From Octopus sinensis (Eukaryota), in contig NC_042998.1 in assembly GCF_006345805.1 (NCBI RefSeq), forward strand, positions 67,394,001 through 67,458,000: 64,000 nt of DNA, in the 5' to 3' direction. Below, piece by piece: positions 14,960 to 26,999 of the stretch. The notes under the pieces are model-generated. The model was not told where the DNA came from, ran no database searches, and saw nothing but the letters and a program-made list of their open reading frames with translations. How positions within the stretch are numbered: the stretch's first letter is position 1; the number at the start of each line of letters is the position of its first letter. Made by a program: the position numbers and the translations under genes.

Positions 14960-15215
14960 AAGCAGAACTTTGTACGTTGATTTGATGGACGGAAGCCGAA
15001 AGAACCCCGTCGTATATATATATATGTGTGTGTATGTGTGTGTGCTTTTTCTGTGTTTGTTATTGTCCTACACCACCGCTTGATAACTAGTGTTCTTGTG
15101 TTTACGACCCCATGATTTAGCGGTAAGAATAAGAGCCAAACTTAAGAAGGAAAATAAGCTCTAGGGTCGATTCATTCGACCAAAACCTTTTCAAGGTGGT
15201 GCTCCAGCATGGCTG
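14960..15215 (+). mobile_element. 5'-truncated copy of the CORE-like SINE family (body and tail)
   Basis: gatttgatggacggaagccgaaagaaccccgtcgtatatat...caccgcttgataac...gggtcgattcattcgac...gctccagcatggc. Confidence 0.65.
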
Positions 15216-15350
15216 AAACAAATGAAAGAAAAAAGTTGTGTCATGAAGATTAGGTCATGTAATAATCAAACGACTATAGATCAATAACAGAGAAAAGTGA
15301 ATATTTGCCAGTTATTAAACGGAATTAACCAGTCTTAGATTATTTACAGT

Positions 15351-15465
15351 ATTTACATTTGACGGATGTTTGTCCTCATCTTGTTTGTTATTAACACAAC
15401 ATATTCAGTTGTCTTGGGGAAATTTCGAACCTGAGTTCTCATTCCTAACGTATTTTTTGATGTTC

Positions 15466-15509
<44 letters not shown>

Positions 15510-15673
15510 GGAATCTTGGGGTTTGTAGCCCGCGTTCTTAACCACAATAACATCGAATGAGAACCCAATTTCGAAATTTCACCAAGACACCTGATGAAAG
15601 CTGGAGGGTATATCAGCCGATACGTTGTGTTAACAAAAAAGAAGATGAAGATAAATATCCATGAAATGTAAAT
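15351..15673. mobile_element. Inverted pair of Penelope-like terminal repeats around an (ATT)n tract
   Basis: 15351-15444 is the reverse complement of 15555-15673, except that the left arm lacks about 25 nt covering the hammerhead core and stem II. Confidence 0.7.
15586..15631 (+). ncRNA. Minimal type I hammerhead with mutated GAAA (GAUA)
   Basis: gacac CTGATGA aaGCTG gagggtatat CAGCc GAT ACGT T gtgtt. Stem I is gacac/gtgtt; stem III is the palindrome ACGT. Confidence 0.7.
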
Positions 15674-15812
15674 AGTGTAAATAATGTACATAATTCCTCA
15701 TCTCTTAAATATAGAACTGTACAACAAGTCTTAGATATGGAATTTACTCCATTGAAAATCATTCCTTTCGTTGTTTATGATTATACAATTTGTAGATAGG
15801 TTTTTCGAATAA

Positions 15813-16017
15813 CATACGTTCCAACCCACACCCTCGCTATAGGTTAAATCCGCGAAATAGAGACAGAACTGTATATATATTTTTTTCTTTTATAGTCTTT
15901 ATAGTTTGTACATATTTATTTTGTTTATAAACGCAAAACAACACTACGGAAAAATCGACGTAAGCTTAAATAATAAACCGCGATATTTGAACCGCAATAG
16001 GCGGGGGGGTTACTGTA
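15813..16017. mobile_element. Tigger/pogo-like MITE, 5' end eroded
   Basis: Homologous to 48121-48424 (ttcc...cgcga...atcgacgtaagcttaaata...aaccgc...ttactgta). Confidence 0.65.
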
Positions 16018-16609
16018 TATTACAGGCTCACATACATACACATACATACATACATACATACATACATACATACATACATACTGACACACACACCTTTCAA
16101 ATTTGGAAATTATACGCAGGAAAATTCTTGAGATTTTCTCTTAATCAACGCAAGAATTACCATACGTAAAATGAAAAATAAAAACGCTACTGTAATTAAT
16201 GTTTACAAAGGAATTTAGAAGGGAAAATAGACCATTCAAGGTTGTTTAAACTGCCAATGTGGTTTCTCATATTGCATTATATTATATCTTCATTATCATA
16301 TCTAATATCACACAACGTTGGCACAGTCTTGATGAATAACTCCGGTGGAATAATTACAGGGTGGTTGTGTTTTCACTAATAATAATGGCGTCATATCATT
16401 AGTCATGAATCAAGGTTATATATGTTAATTTCCATACATTCTTCTACATATATGTCTTTAAGTAAACAGAAGTTGCGTCGAGACAACCTTGGAACAGATG
16501 CAGTAAATTATCCCTCCCTCTCACTCTGTCTCTGTCTCTCTCCTTCTCTTACTTCCTCCGTATGTATATATAATATATATGTGTGTGTATGTGTATGTGT
16601 GTGTGTATG

Positions 16610-16643
<34 letters not shown>

Positions 16644-16760
16644 TATAGTTAAATATATATTTAAAGTATGTTTGTTACATATTTCAACTGCTTAAATCAA
16701 ATTCACTGCAGTTGCTGTGGAGGAAAACAAATCTCGGTTGTGGTTAAGTTATGCACTCTC

Positions 16761-16817
<57 letters not shown>

Positions 16818-16865
16818 TATATATAGATTCCATGGAGGGTTGAATTTACAACCCCTATCTCAATT

Positions 16866-16905
<40 letters not shown>

Positions 16906-16990
16906 ACATGTTAGATACATACATAATACATACATAGAAAGATAGAGAAAGGAAGTTAAAGTGAAAGATATATACATGTATACATCTATG

Positions 16991-17021
16991 GATAGGTAGA
17001 CAGACAGACAGATAAATAATC

Positions 17022-17069
<48 letters not shown>

Positions 17070-17140
17070 GTATAAATATATAGATAGATAGGTAGATAGA
17101 TAGATAGATAATAGATAGATGTATAAATAGATAGATAGAT
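16991..17140 (+). repeat. Imperfect (TAGA)n array abutting the LINE 3' end
   Basis: Direct reading. Confidence 0.95.
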
Positions 17141-17524
17141 ACGTTTCTTTATTAGCCACACAGGGCTGCACACAGATAGAACAAGTTACAAGGTAGGGCT
17201 TTTCTTTTGGGGGTAAAAAAAAGGGAGTGGTGGTTTTCGATCAAAAGGGATCGTAAAAGGAAAGAAAGAGGACAAAAAAAAAGGAGGGGTTAATAAAAAA
17301 AAAAAATTTTTAAAGGTGGGGGGAGAGCAAAAAAATTGATCAATAGGGATCGTTATCACAGAAATGTCAATATGAAGTGTAAAGGGGATAACAGGTGAGG
17401 TTTACCCGTGGAAAGAAAAGCCTACGGAAAAGACCACGGTAACCTCGGTCAATGAAGTCATATGTTATATTTCTTTTTTTTTTTTTTTTGCAAATAAGCA
17501 ACTCTCTGTATTAATTTTTACGGT

Positions 17525-20500
17525 TCATAGAATCATAGTCAAGGTGGCTTCGTCATTCATACGTGCCATCCTTGCTACATTCACCCATATTTTTTTAAAA
17601 CATTCACTAGACAAAACTTGCCTCTCTACTCTCACTTTCCTCTTCAAGTGATACTTGAAGAAGTTGATGAGAGATTGACCAGAGAGGAAAGTGTTTGTCT
17701 CCAATCCTTTCAGGCGCGTCCACCAGATACATTCTTTCGCCATAGCCACAAGTATGATAAAAATAGCTCTTCCTTCCCGTTTGAAGGAAGGAGGCGTGAC
17801 GATATTAACGATAGACTCGGCTGATAAACCGACACGTCCCACACGTGACAGCAGTCGTTCGACATAAGCCCACAGGTGGGAAATTGCTGGACACTGCACG
17901 ATTGCGTGCAGAGCGGTTTCGTCGCTCTGCCCGCATCTCGGGCAGGTCGGCCCCGTGTTTCTCGAGCCATGCCTATAGAGCTTATCCCGAACGGGTAGCG
18001 CTTCTCGGTAGCACCGCCAGGCCAGGGATCTCTGGAAGTTGTCCATAGGTCCCGGGCCGAAAGTCGTTTGAAACAGGCGGGTCAGGTATTCCTCGTCGAC
18101 ACCCAGGTTTGCCCCGAGCTCGTCGTGTACCTCCCCTCCACTAATCCCCTATAGAATGCTTTGGTTGTGTTGAAGTCACTCAAGGTCGACCCGGGACGGC
18201 AGAGTTGCTTGAGAGCAACGCGACACTCGCGGTGCCATTCGCCCTTCCTCGGCCTCTTTTGATCCACGACTGTAGTTCGGTCATGGAGACGAGTTGCGGG
18301 AATGCGTGCCTCACAAACGGCGACCACAACCTGTTCACCGTCGTCTACATAGAGCCGGAGATGTCGCAGTCTCAGCGCGTGTCTGCGCATCCTCAACCAC
18401 GGCATGCCCAGCCCTCCTTTTAACGGGTGTTGACAGCAAATGGATCGCCTGACCATCGGGACGCATCCTTCCACAAGAAGCGGAAGAGGATGCGTTCTAG
18501 TTTGGTGATGGTAGGGTCGGGACAAGGTACGACGGTCAGGCGGTAGTAGATGATGGACGCGATGTACGCGTTCACCACCTCCGCCCGACCTTTTAGGGAC
18601 AGTTTCCTCTCGGCCCATTGCTGGGCGAGAGTGACCACCCTACTCGTTATCTCGTTCCAGTTCTTCTCCATTTGGAGGTCCGAACCGAACCAGACCCCGA
18701 GCAACTCAACCGGGCCGTCTGTCCAGCGTCCCACGACGGAGGTACTGTTGGACGGCATGGGCTTGCTTCTCCAGGTGCCGAGCCGCAAGCCCACTGACTT
18801 TTCCCGGTTGATTTTTGCTCCTGTCACCGCTTCGTAGTCTTTCAGTGTCTCGCCGACCCGCTCGATGTGCTCGTGGCTTGACACTATGACGGTGACGTCG
18901 TCCGCGTATGCAGACACGCTCGTCCCGCATCCCAATTCTCGCGGGATGCCCCTTAGAGTCGCCAGCTTCCGCAGTAGTGGCTCAAGAGTCAATACGTATA
19001 GAAGCGCCGAGAGGGGGCATCCCTGACGGACCGAACGTGCAATGTCGAAGGTCTCGATAGATGTCCATTTACGCGAATTACCGAACGGATGCCTCTGTAC
19101 AAGGCAGCTATCCAGCCGCGGAAGACGGGACCGAAACCAGCCGCTCTCAGGACTGCCTCCAAGTATCGATGGTCTACCCTATCAAAGGCTTTCGATTGAT
19201 CCAAGTTGATCAGGGCCCCACCCATCCCAGGTTCGTTAACTACCCTGTCTATGATGTAGCGCATCAGATGGAGGTTGTCATGGATGCTCCGGTCCGGCAC
19301 GGCGCACGTTTGTGCGTTGTCGACCAGTTTCTCCATGACAAGCGCCAACCCTTGGCTAACACCTTTGTCAAAATTTTCAGGTCTGCATTGAGCAGCGTGA
19401 TTGGTCTAAAGTTATCTATAATGTTCCCTTGTTTGGATCTTTCTTCAGCAGAATTACAGCTCCTCGACTCACAAAACCGGGTATGCTCCCGTTTTGCTGC
19501 CAGTTGCAGTATACCGCTGCCAAGACGTCCCCAAACAAGTCTGGCATACATTGTAAAACTCGTAGGTAGACCATCCAACCCGGTGATTTGTCTCTCGAGC
19601 ATTCTGCCATCGCTTCCTGCACATCCGCCCCGTGATGGCACCTTCGCAGCACCCTGCCTTTCTTGTCGAGAGTCGTGGCAGGCTATGTAGGTAGGCACTG
19701 AAGTCCACCCTACGTTCTTGTCCTCCACTCCCCGAACAGTCGGGCAAAATGCTGCTGAAAGGCCTCCACATTTTACTTGGCTCGAGCAATTCGCGCCCCT
19801 GTTCATCCACCAGTGACCGAATGGTGGCTTTGTTGCCTTGTTGCGCCTCTGCCACCCGGGCTCTCTCTCGCGGCTCCAACACCTTCGTTCCTTAGAGCAC
19901 GCATCCTAGCTCTGACAGCACATCCTTCGTGTTTGGCGTTGAAGTGTTGGTCGAGGGCCAACCTCGCCGCCAAAACGTCGGATGCGATGCCGCTTCTAAT
20001 TGCCTCTTCTAGCTTCTTAACTAGCTCACCCTCTACTCTAATTCTATCTATGGCTAGTGATTTGCTGTACCTAATCGCTTCTGCTTTTACTGCTCTCTTG
20101 AGGGAAAACCACCATTTGTTGTTGATGATGGCTCCCGTCAAAGGCCTCTTTACTAGTGTGCTAATCCGGTCTCTGAAAACTTGTCTGGACGGGAATGATG
20201 CGTTCAGTTTCCAGTACCCAGGACCCTGTCTATGTGCCTTATCTAAGTCTAGCGTAACACGTCACCAATTTGTGATCCGTGTAGCTGACTGTGTGGAATT
20301 GTGGACATCCTAAGTTATATCCTTGTCTACTGTCCTACACAGTATCTTATCTAGATACGATCTCGACGACCCCCTGGCGGTTGCTCCATGTCCACGTTGG
20401 TGCATTTGGGTGGTCGAGTCGGTACCTGTCAGACAGTTGGAATCGTCTGAGCAGGTCTCTGAGGCATTTGCATCCCCTTCTGTTTCTCTCTCTACCCACC

Positions 20501-20957
20501 CAGTTTCTACATGCGTGTCCAAGGTAGCATTCAATCCCCCACTAAGAGTAAGGACGAGACGTTCCCAAGAATACTTCTAGACGTCGAAAGAAATCCGCCC
20601 GACCTGTTAAGGGCGGTGCGCGTTAGACTGATACGAGTCGAAAAGCGCACCCATTGCTGCCGTCAACATCCAAACGACCAGTCTAACCCTCCGGGTCTAC
20701 GAATATCGTCTTGACTTCGAGATCCAGGCTCTTATGAAAAAGTACCGCGATGCCACTACCGCCCATCCTCGGCAGACAGGGAGCGAAATAAATGTTAAAC
20801 TGTCCGCAAACATGGACTTTAGGGCCCGTGGCTCGTGGAGTCTGGTCTCACTTATGGCTATGATTCCCAAATCATGTGACTTGATGTCATGTAGGAGGTA
20901 TCCTTGTTTCCAAGGAGACCCCAAGCCACGCGCATTCACAAAACCATTCTTGACCAT
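17525..20957 (-). pseudogene. ORF2 (APE endonuclease + reverse transcriptase), disrupted by many frameshifts
   Basis: Pieces in order: VNARGL...IIAISETRL (APE), NATLD, YLDKILCR, GPGYWKLN, KSPGLDGLP, NFRPITLLNADLKIL, LINLDQSKAFDRVDH, YADD, CPRCGQSDETALHAIVQC. Confidence 0.92.
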
Positions 20958-21481
20958 GATTCTATTGGGGTGTGTGCTTTAACAACAAAAATGAAAGTAC
21001 AGAGAGTTACTTACTTGTGTCGAAAGTTTTGGCTTCCTCGTTCTTTGATGTGTCTTCGAGGAGGTTTTTATACAGTTTTTGGGACAGATATTTCTGGAAA
21101 CCCCCTACAGCATTTGGGAAGAGGGCTTTGAGTTTGTGGTGTTGTGTTTTGTGTGATGTGTAGTATTTGATGTGTTTGGGTGGTGTAGTGCGTGGATGAT
21201 TGCTATTTTTAAAGTCATCTTCACAAATGTTTGTGTATCCTGTGATGTACTCCATTAGTTGGAGTCTTGGTGTCTATCGCTGATAGCATTGTTTTTGTGG
21301 TTTGGTGCTTGTTTGTTGTGTATGGAGTTTTCAGGGTTCAGGTATCTCCCTGCTTTGTTGCGATTTCTTGTTTGGTTTTCTTGATATTTTCTTTAACCCC
21401 TGTGGCTATTTGCCATTCTGTCGAACTTTCGTCGTTGGACGACGTGTTCGATCAGAAGAGGTAAAGGCAAAGCGTTTGGAT

Positions 21482-22978
21482 CTATATGTGTGTTTGTAGA
21501 AGGTGTTTTTGTTTTGTGTGGTGTTTGTGTGTTGGTGTTAGGGGCAAATTTGTCTTTTCGTCATTGATATTTGTTTTTTTGGTTGTTGTTCTGGGTGCTG
21601 GTGTTGGTTGTCTTTTGATGTTGGTGGTGATGTTGCTTCTTTTTGTTGGTTGCGATGTCGGAGGTAATTCTTTTTTTGGTGATGTGGTTGGTGAGGGGGA
21701 AACAGTTTTTGTATCGTCCGCTGTTTTTCCTGTCTTTTGGGTAAGGAGGGGGTATGGGTAGCAGGGGTTTCCTTCCAGGTTTGGGGAGTGGTTGCTGTTG
21801 CCTATTTCTGACAGCAGTTGGGCACTCGTATCTAAGGTGTGCCTCACTGTTGCATAAATAGCATCTTGGTCTCCTGCCCTCCACCACTACATACAATTTT
21901 TGGTCGTTTGCCAGTTGAACAAAGGCTGGTAAATTGTTTATTACTTCTTGGAGATTTGAAGAAATATTTCGAGTTTTTTACCCGTCCAGCTTTCCTCTGG
22001 AATGTCAGCTGTTTCTAAAATATCTGCTTCTTCTATATCGGAGCAGATGGCCGATACCAGCCACTGGGTATTCACCATTGGCGGCACATTATTTATTGTG
22101 ACTTTCGTAATTCTGCGCCCCAGGTAGCTTGGTACCATTGTTACCTGGTCTGTGCGCAGAGTAAGGGTTGAAAACCTTTTTGCTAGTTCTTCCGTATGGA
22201 AGTGAACTTGCACGGTAGCAAATTTACTTCCCCAATTCACATAATTTCGGAATTTCCACACGGAAGAGAGGCACTTTTCAATTTTTTCTTTAGGTAGGCT
22301 TTCCGGTCTTTTTGTTTTGGTGTTGAGTATTCTGTAAATGATGATCTTCTTTTGTGTTTCTTCTATGATGTTCCGTGGAATATGTAAATGTATTGTGTCG
22401 CCTTCTCTTGTGAGCAAGGACTTTGTGTTTGTGTATTTGTGGGTGAGTAAATTTTAAGATCCTTCTTTTCGGTCGTATGGCTTCCGCGAAATTGTTTTTT
22501 GTGGAGGTGTGGTGGTGGTGACGTTTGTGGCAGAGTCGTTCGTCGTAGTAGTAAACTGTGAAATCGGGTTGTTTACTAGTTTGTGAGTGGAGGTCGCGAT
22601 GTTAGCGTTCGTGTTGTTTCCCCCCATTTCCCCTGCTTTATGAGATTGTGGTAGAGGCAGTGTGGGGTACTCAACGTCGTCAAGGAGGGTGTCGGTAACC
22701 TTGGTTTTGTTGTTGTTGGTAGAGGAAGCAGTTGTCGTAGCAGAAGCTGCTATGGTGGTGGTGTCGGTGTTGATGGTGGTGACGGTGCTTGGCTTTACGA
22801 CCTTTGTTTTATAGTTGTTGCTGTTGTCGATGCTGATGGTGGTGGTGGTGTTGTTGTCAGGTTCAGCGTATGCTAGCAGGGCATCCTGTTTTTTTGTCTC
22901 TGCGTCACGCTTGACTTGCAACTCAGCCTCGTGGTGACCAGTGGCCATTTTGGAAATAAAATGGCTAAATGGAACCAC
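21482..22978 (-). pseudogene. ORF1 (gag-like nucleic-acid-binding protein) with one in-frame stop and at least one frameshift
   Basis: ORFs 22454-22978 and 21941-22417 are in frame (36 nt apart). A 1-nt shift then leads to VVVEGRRPRCYLCNSEAHLRYEC (C-X2-C-X4-H-X4-C). Both ends are Thr/Asn-rich low-complexity sequence. Confidence 0.8.
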
Positions 22979-23150
22979 GAAGGCTATGAGAATTTTTTCT
23001 TTTAAATTTTGTGTAGATATTTATCAAAGGTTTACAGTGGATGTTGTTGCACAACTTTTAAACACAAAATATTTGTCAATATACACTTTTGAACGTACAA
23101 AATTACCAACTTACGTGGAGCCCATTTGACTTGCGTCTGTCTGTCCAGAG

Positions 23151-23151
<1 letters not shown>

Positions 23152-23246
<95 letters not shown>
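23152..23246 (+). repeat. Perfect (GATA)n array abutting the LINE 5' end
   Basis: Direct reading. Confidence 0.95.
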
Positions 23247-24354
23247 GTTAGAAAGAAAACAGTAACAACGTGAGTGATAGCTCAGAGCTGCCCTACAGAT
23301 CATTCAATAACTTATATCAGAGTATCGTCATACAATTTATATAAATCATATCGTTATGGAAGCACTTAAACACATACACACACACACACACATAAACACA
23401 CTGAGGAATGTATACGTATGTAAAGAAACAGAGAGTGATAACAAGAATGATAACAGGTAAATGAAAAGTCTTCTCAAGAAACCATACTGTCCACTATATA
23501 TCCGGTTACATGGTTGTATGATTATCAGAATAAAGAAAAACGAAGATGCTACGAAACACAATAGTAGTTAGATGTTGAAATACTAACTCTTCAAAGTACC
23601 ATGATTTACGCAAACTACACACACATACATATAAAAAAAAAACATCTAATATGATAAATACTTTCGTAGATGTACGCATGCGTATACAGAGACAAGTATG
23701 TCAGTGCCTAATATCATGCACACAAACAAATGCTCACAATTAAAGACTACTGAAACAAGACACTCAAAAGACCCTGTAGAGATATATTTATATAGACTGG
23801 TGTATATAAGTTATGTTGAAACTCAGTATCTATTTCTTGTTGAGTGGTTCATACAATTCTTTTGTACCCTTTCAGTTGAAAGCAATTATAAGTTGTCTCG
23901 CTTTATACGCTTATACATACCGATTACTGATACGTTGGCAAGTACAGATTTCAGTTTGTAATGAAAATGTCAGTGTATCAGACCTGAATGCGATATTGTC
24001 TTTAAGGGTCACTTGTCAATGTTGACTATTTCACTGACCCTTCTTGTATTTAGACATTCTTCGAAGCACACAGACTGTTTTATATGTATACAGATATATG
24101 TGTGTGTGTGCGCGCGCGCGCGTGTGTCTGCAACGATCAGACACTTTCCCCTTAACTTTCAATCGTCAAACTAATTTAATTGTTAAAAATTTTTCTCTCC
24201 AAAATTCTCTTTTCAGGGTTTTGTTCACTGCGTTCACTATGTATATGCTTACATACCACCTCTCTCCCTATAGGCAAGAAATCTTGAAATAAAACTGAAG
24301 AAGGGTGTACATACATACACGTATACATGCATACGTACGTACATATATACACAA

Positions 24355-24530
24355 GAATGACGTGGCTATATATTAAGAAGCGTGCTTTCCAACTTCATCG
24401 TCCAGGATTCAGTCCCACTCCATGGCACCTTGGGCAAGTTGGGCAAGTGCTTTCTACTATATCGTTCGGCAGACTAGAGACATATGAATGGATCTGGTCG
24501 ACAGAAATTGAATGAAACATGTTGTATGTG
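24355..24530 (+). mobile_element. Degenerate CORE-like SINE with a 9-bp internal duplication
   Basis: ggattcagtcccactccatggcaccttgggcaagttgggcaagtgctttctactat. Confidence 0.7.
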
Positions 24531-24559
24531 TGTGTATGTATATATATATATATATATAT

Positions 24560-24705
<146 letters not shown>

Positions 24706-24760
24706 TATTATATATATATATATATATATTAATATATTATATATATATTATATATATATC

Positions 24761-24802
<42 letters not shown>

Positions 24803-24804
24803 AT

Positions 24805-25133
24805 GGCGCATGGCTCAGTGGTTAGCGTCGAGCTTACGATCGTGAGTTTGTGAGCTCGACCCGGACCGGGCTGCGTGTTGTGTTCTTGAGCAAGGCACTT
24901 TATTTCACGTTGCTCCAGTTCACTCAGCTGTAGAAATGAGTTGCGACGTCACTGGTGCCAAGATGTATCGACCTTTTCTTTCCCTTGGATACATCGGTGA
25001 CGTAGAGGGGAGGCCGGTATGCATGGGCGACTGCTGGTCTTCCATAAAACAACCTTGCCCGGACTTGTGTCTAGGAGGGTAACTTTCTAGGTGCAATCCC
25101 ATGGTTCAGTCATGACCGAAGGGGGTCTTTACC

Positions 25134-25134
<1 letters not shown>
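24805..25134 (+). mobile_element. Full-length tRNA-derived SINE
   Basis: A-box TGGCTCAGTGG, degenerate B-box, body cttgagcaaggcac...ccagttcactcagctg, tail catgaccgaaggggg. Sits between (TA)n tracts. Confidence 0.85.
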
Positions 25135-25198
<64 letters not shown>

Positions 25199-25218
25199 CA
25201 TATATTTATGTATATATA

Positions 25219-25262
<44 letters not shown>

Positions 25263-25282
25263 TATGCATATATTTATGTATA

Positions 25283-25329
<47 letters not shown>

Positions 25330-25791
25330 GTATATACATAAATACGTACGTACAAATATACGGACGTGTAAAAGCACCCAATGTGTGTATGTATGTATGT
25401 ATGAATGTAGCCTATAATTGTGGTAGTTAGCCCAGGACACTCTTTGTTACAGCATTAACGATTTATGCACAAACTATGCAAATTAGATGTATAAAAAGCA
25501 CCTATAGTATAGAGAATGTATTTACAATCTTATTTGATCTATAGATAGGCTTTGTACTATTTGAATTTGGGTTTGAAAATATTCCAGCGCTAACAGCTGC
25601 TGACACATTATAAACACTATGTAAGGCCTATGTGTATGTACATACATACATACACACATATATATATGTACGTATATATATATATGTATATATAGTTAAT
25701 CCAAACAAGAAAGCACAAAAAACACAACAACGCGAGGACGTGGAACAAATATAGTATTATTGGACGCTCAGGAAAGAAGGAAAGAAGGAGG

Positions 25792-25826
25792 GTTTAACGT
25801 TTCGAGCGGAGCTCTTCGTCGGAAAC
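25792..25826 (-). ncRNA. Minimal hammerhead with U4C core (CCGACGA)
   Basis: Minus strand reads gttt CCGACGA a GAGC tcc GCTC GAA ACGT T aaac. Confidence 0.6.
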
Positions 25827-26123
25827 ATAGGGGAAGGAAAGATCCAGAGAAGGGAAGACAGAGGGAAAAAATTTGCCAACGGTACACACGCGGTCAGCGC
25901 GAGAGAGAGACAGAGAGAGAGCGAGAAAGAAAGAGGGAGAGAGAGATACATACATACACACACATATATTATAATACTTTAACTGAGAGAGTGCAAACTG
26001 CAGCTGCTGCACCCTCTGCGCTTTTTAGCTGTCCCATACATTTATCATGGCAGTATAGACGATAGCCATAACACTGGGTATGACACATGTATGTGTTGGG
26101 AGTGTGAATGCATGCGTTAACAG

Positions 26124-26507
26124 AATAGAAGTAGGTCTCAATTCCGAACTTTGAGGATGTATGAGGATGAAGCACCTAAACTGAAAGACTTACAGAAAAT
26201 GACGTTGCCTTTTATTGAACTGATAAGTGACTGGAATGGTAGGAAAGTGCAGAGAGATCCTCCTATGGAGGTCAATGTACAAGCATCAGATTATTCGCTC
26301 AACTTGACGTACTCTTCGGATTATCATGCGAAACGTATTCCAAAGACACATGTACCTGTAAACAGAATGAACGTGACAGAATGTGACAAGTTTGAACCTT
26401 TGAAATATAATTATAGTTCTTTCCATGGGATTCAACAGAATATCCGTCAATCGAAAATCACCCACACACGTGTTTTCTTTATGCGAAGAAATATTAAAGA
26501 CAGTTGA
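26124..26507 (+). CDS. Possible terminal coding exon of an unidentified gene (about 127 codons)
   Basis: Non-repetitive open frame NRSRSQFRTLRMYEDEAPKLKDLQKMTLPF...RNIKDS* that begins right after ttaacag. There is no good polypyrimidine tract and no recognisable domain. Confidence 0.25.
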   Translation, partial: NRSRSQFRTLRMYEDEAPKLKDLQKMTLPFIELISDWNGRKVQRDPPMEVNVQASDYSLNLTYSSDYHAKRIPKTHVPVNRMNVTECDKFEPLKYNYSSFHGIQQNIRQSKITHTRVFFMRRNIKDS

Positions 26508-26764
26508 CTGAGTTGTTAAGCATTGAATTTGGATCCTTAACTACTCTTTCGTGTCTTCGTTATATTTGCGCGTAGCTGTTATGATTTCATAATAAATATG
26601 GTCGCTCTAATTCATACTTTCTGAAGAGGATGATGTTGTCGATCGAGGTTTTCTTTTGGACTTCAATAACATGCAGCCGATATTTTCATTCATGCAGAAA
26701 TTCTTCACTCACCCGTTACTACTGCTCATGACAGCACATGACTTGCCAGTCAGGTTGTTGAGAC

Positions 26765-26999
26765 GGTGGTCGTAATGTCGGCAGAAATATTAGCATGCCG
26801 GGCGAAATGCGTAGCCGTATTTCGTCTGTTGTTACGTTCCGAGTTCAAATTCCGCCGAGACCGACTTTGCCTTTCATCCATTCGGGGTCGATAAATTAAG
26901 TACCAGTTACGCACTGGGGTCGATAAAATCGACTTAATACCTATGTCTGTCCTTGTTTGTCCCCTCTGTGTTTAGCCCCTTGTGGGTAGTAAAGAAATA
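26765..26999 (+). mobile_element. tRNA-derived SINE with ggggtcgataaa core and Tx1-like tail
   Basis: B-box gagttcaaattcc; core gcctttcatccattcggggtcgataaattaagtaccag; tail tctgtgtttagccccttgtgggtagtaaagaaa. Confidence 0.85.

Larger units (their letters stand above)
17141..23146 (-). mobile_element. Near full-length (about 6 kb) Tx1/L1-clade non-LTR retrotransposon inserted in (GATA)n
   Basis: ORF1 with CCHC knuckle; ORF2 with APE endonuclease, RT and a C-terminal zinc motif. AATAAA lies just before the 3' junction (plus-strand 17148-17153 tttatt). (GATA)n lies on both sides in the same orientation. Confidence 0.9.

Noticed and set aside
17618-21761. Plus-strand ORFs overlapping the LINE (e.g. 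19061-19690, 19777-20313)
   Set aside because: Antisense shadows of GC-richer ORF2 and ORF1; no independent motifs.
24805-24870. tRNA-like sequence
   Set aside because: SINE head with a degenerate B-box that runs into the SINE body; not a functional tRNA gene.
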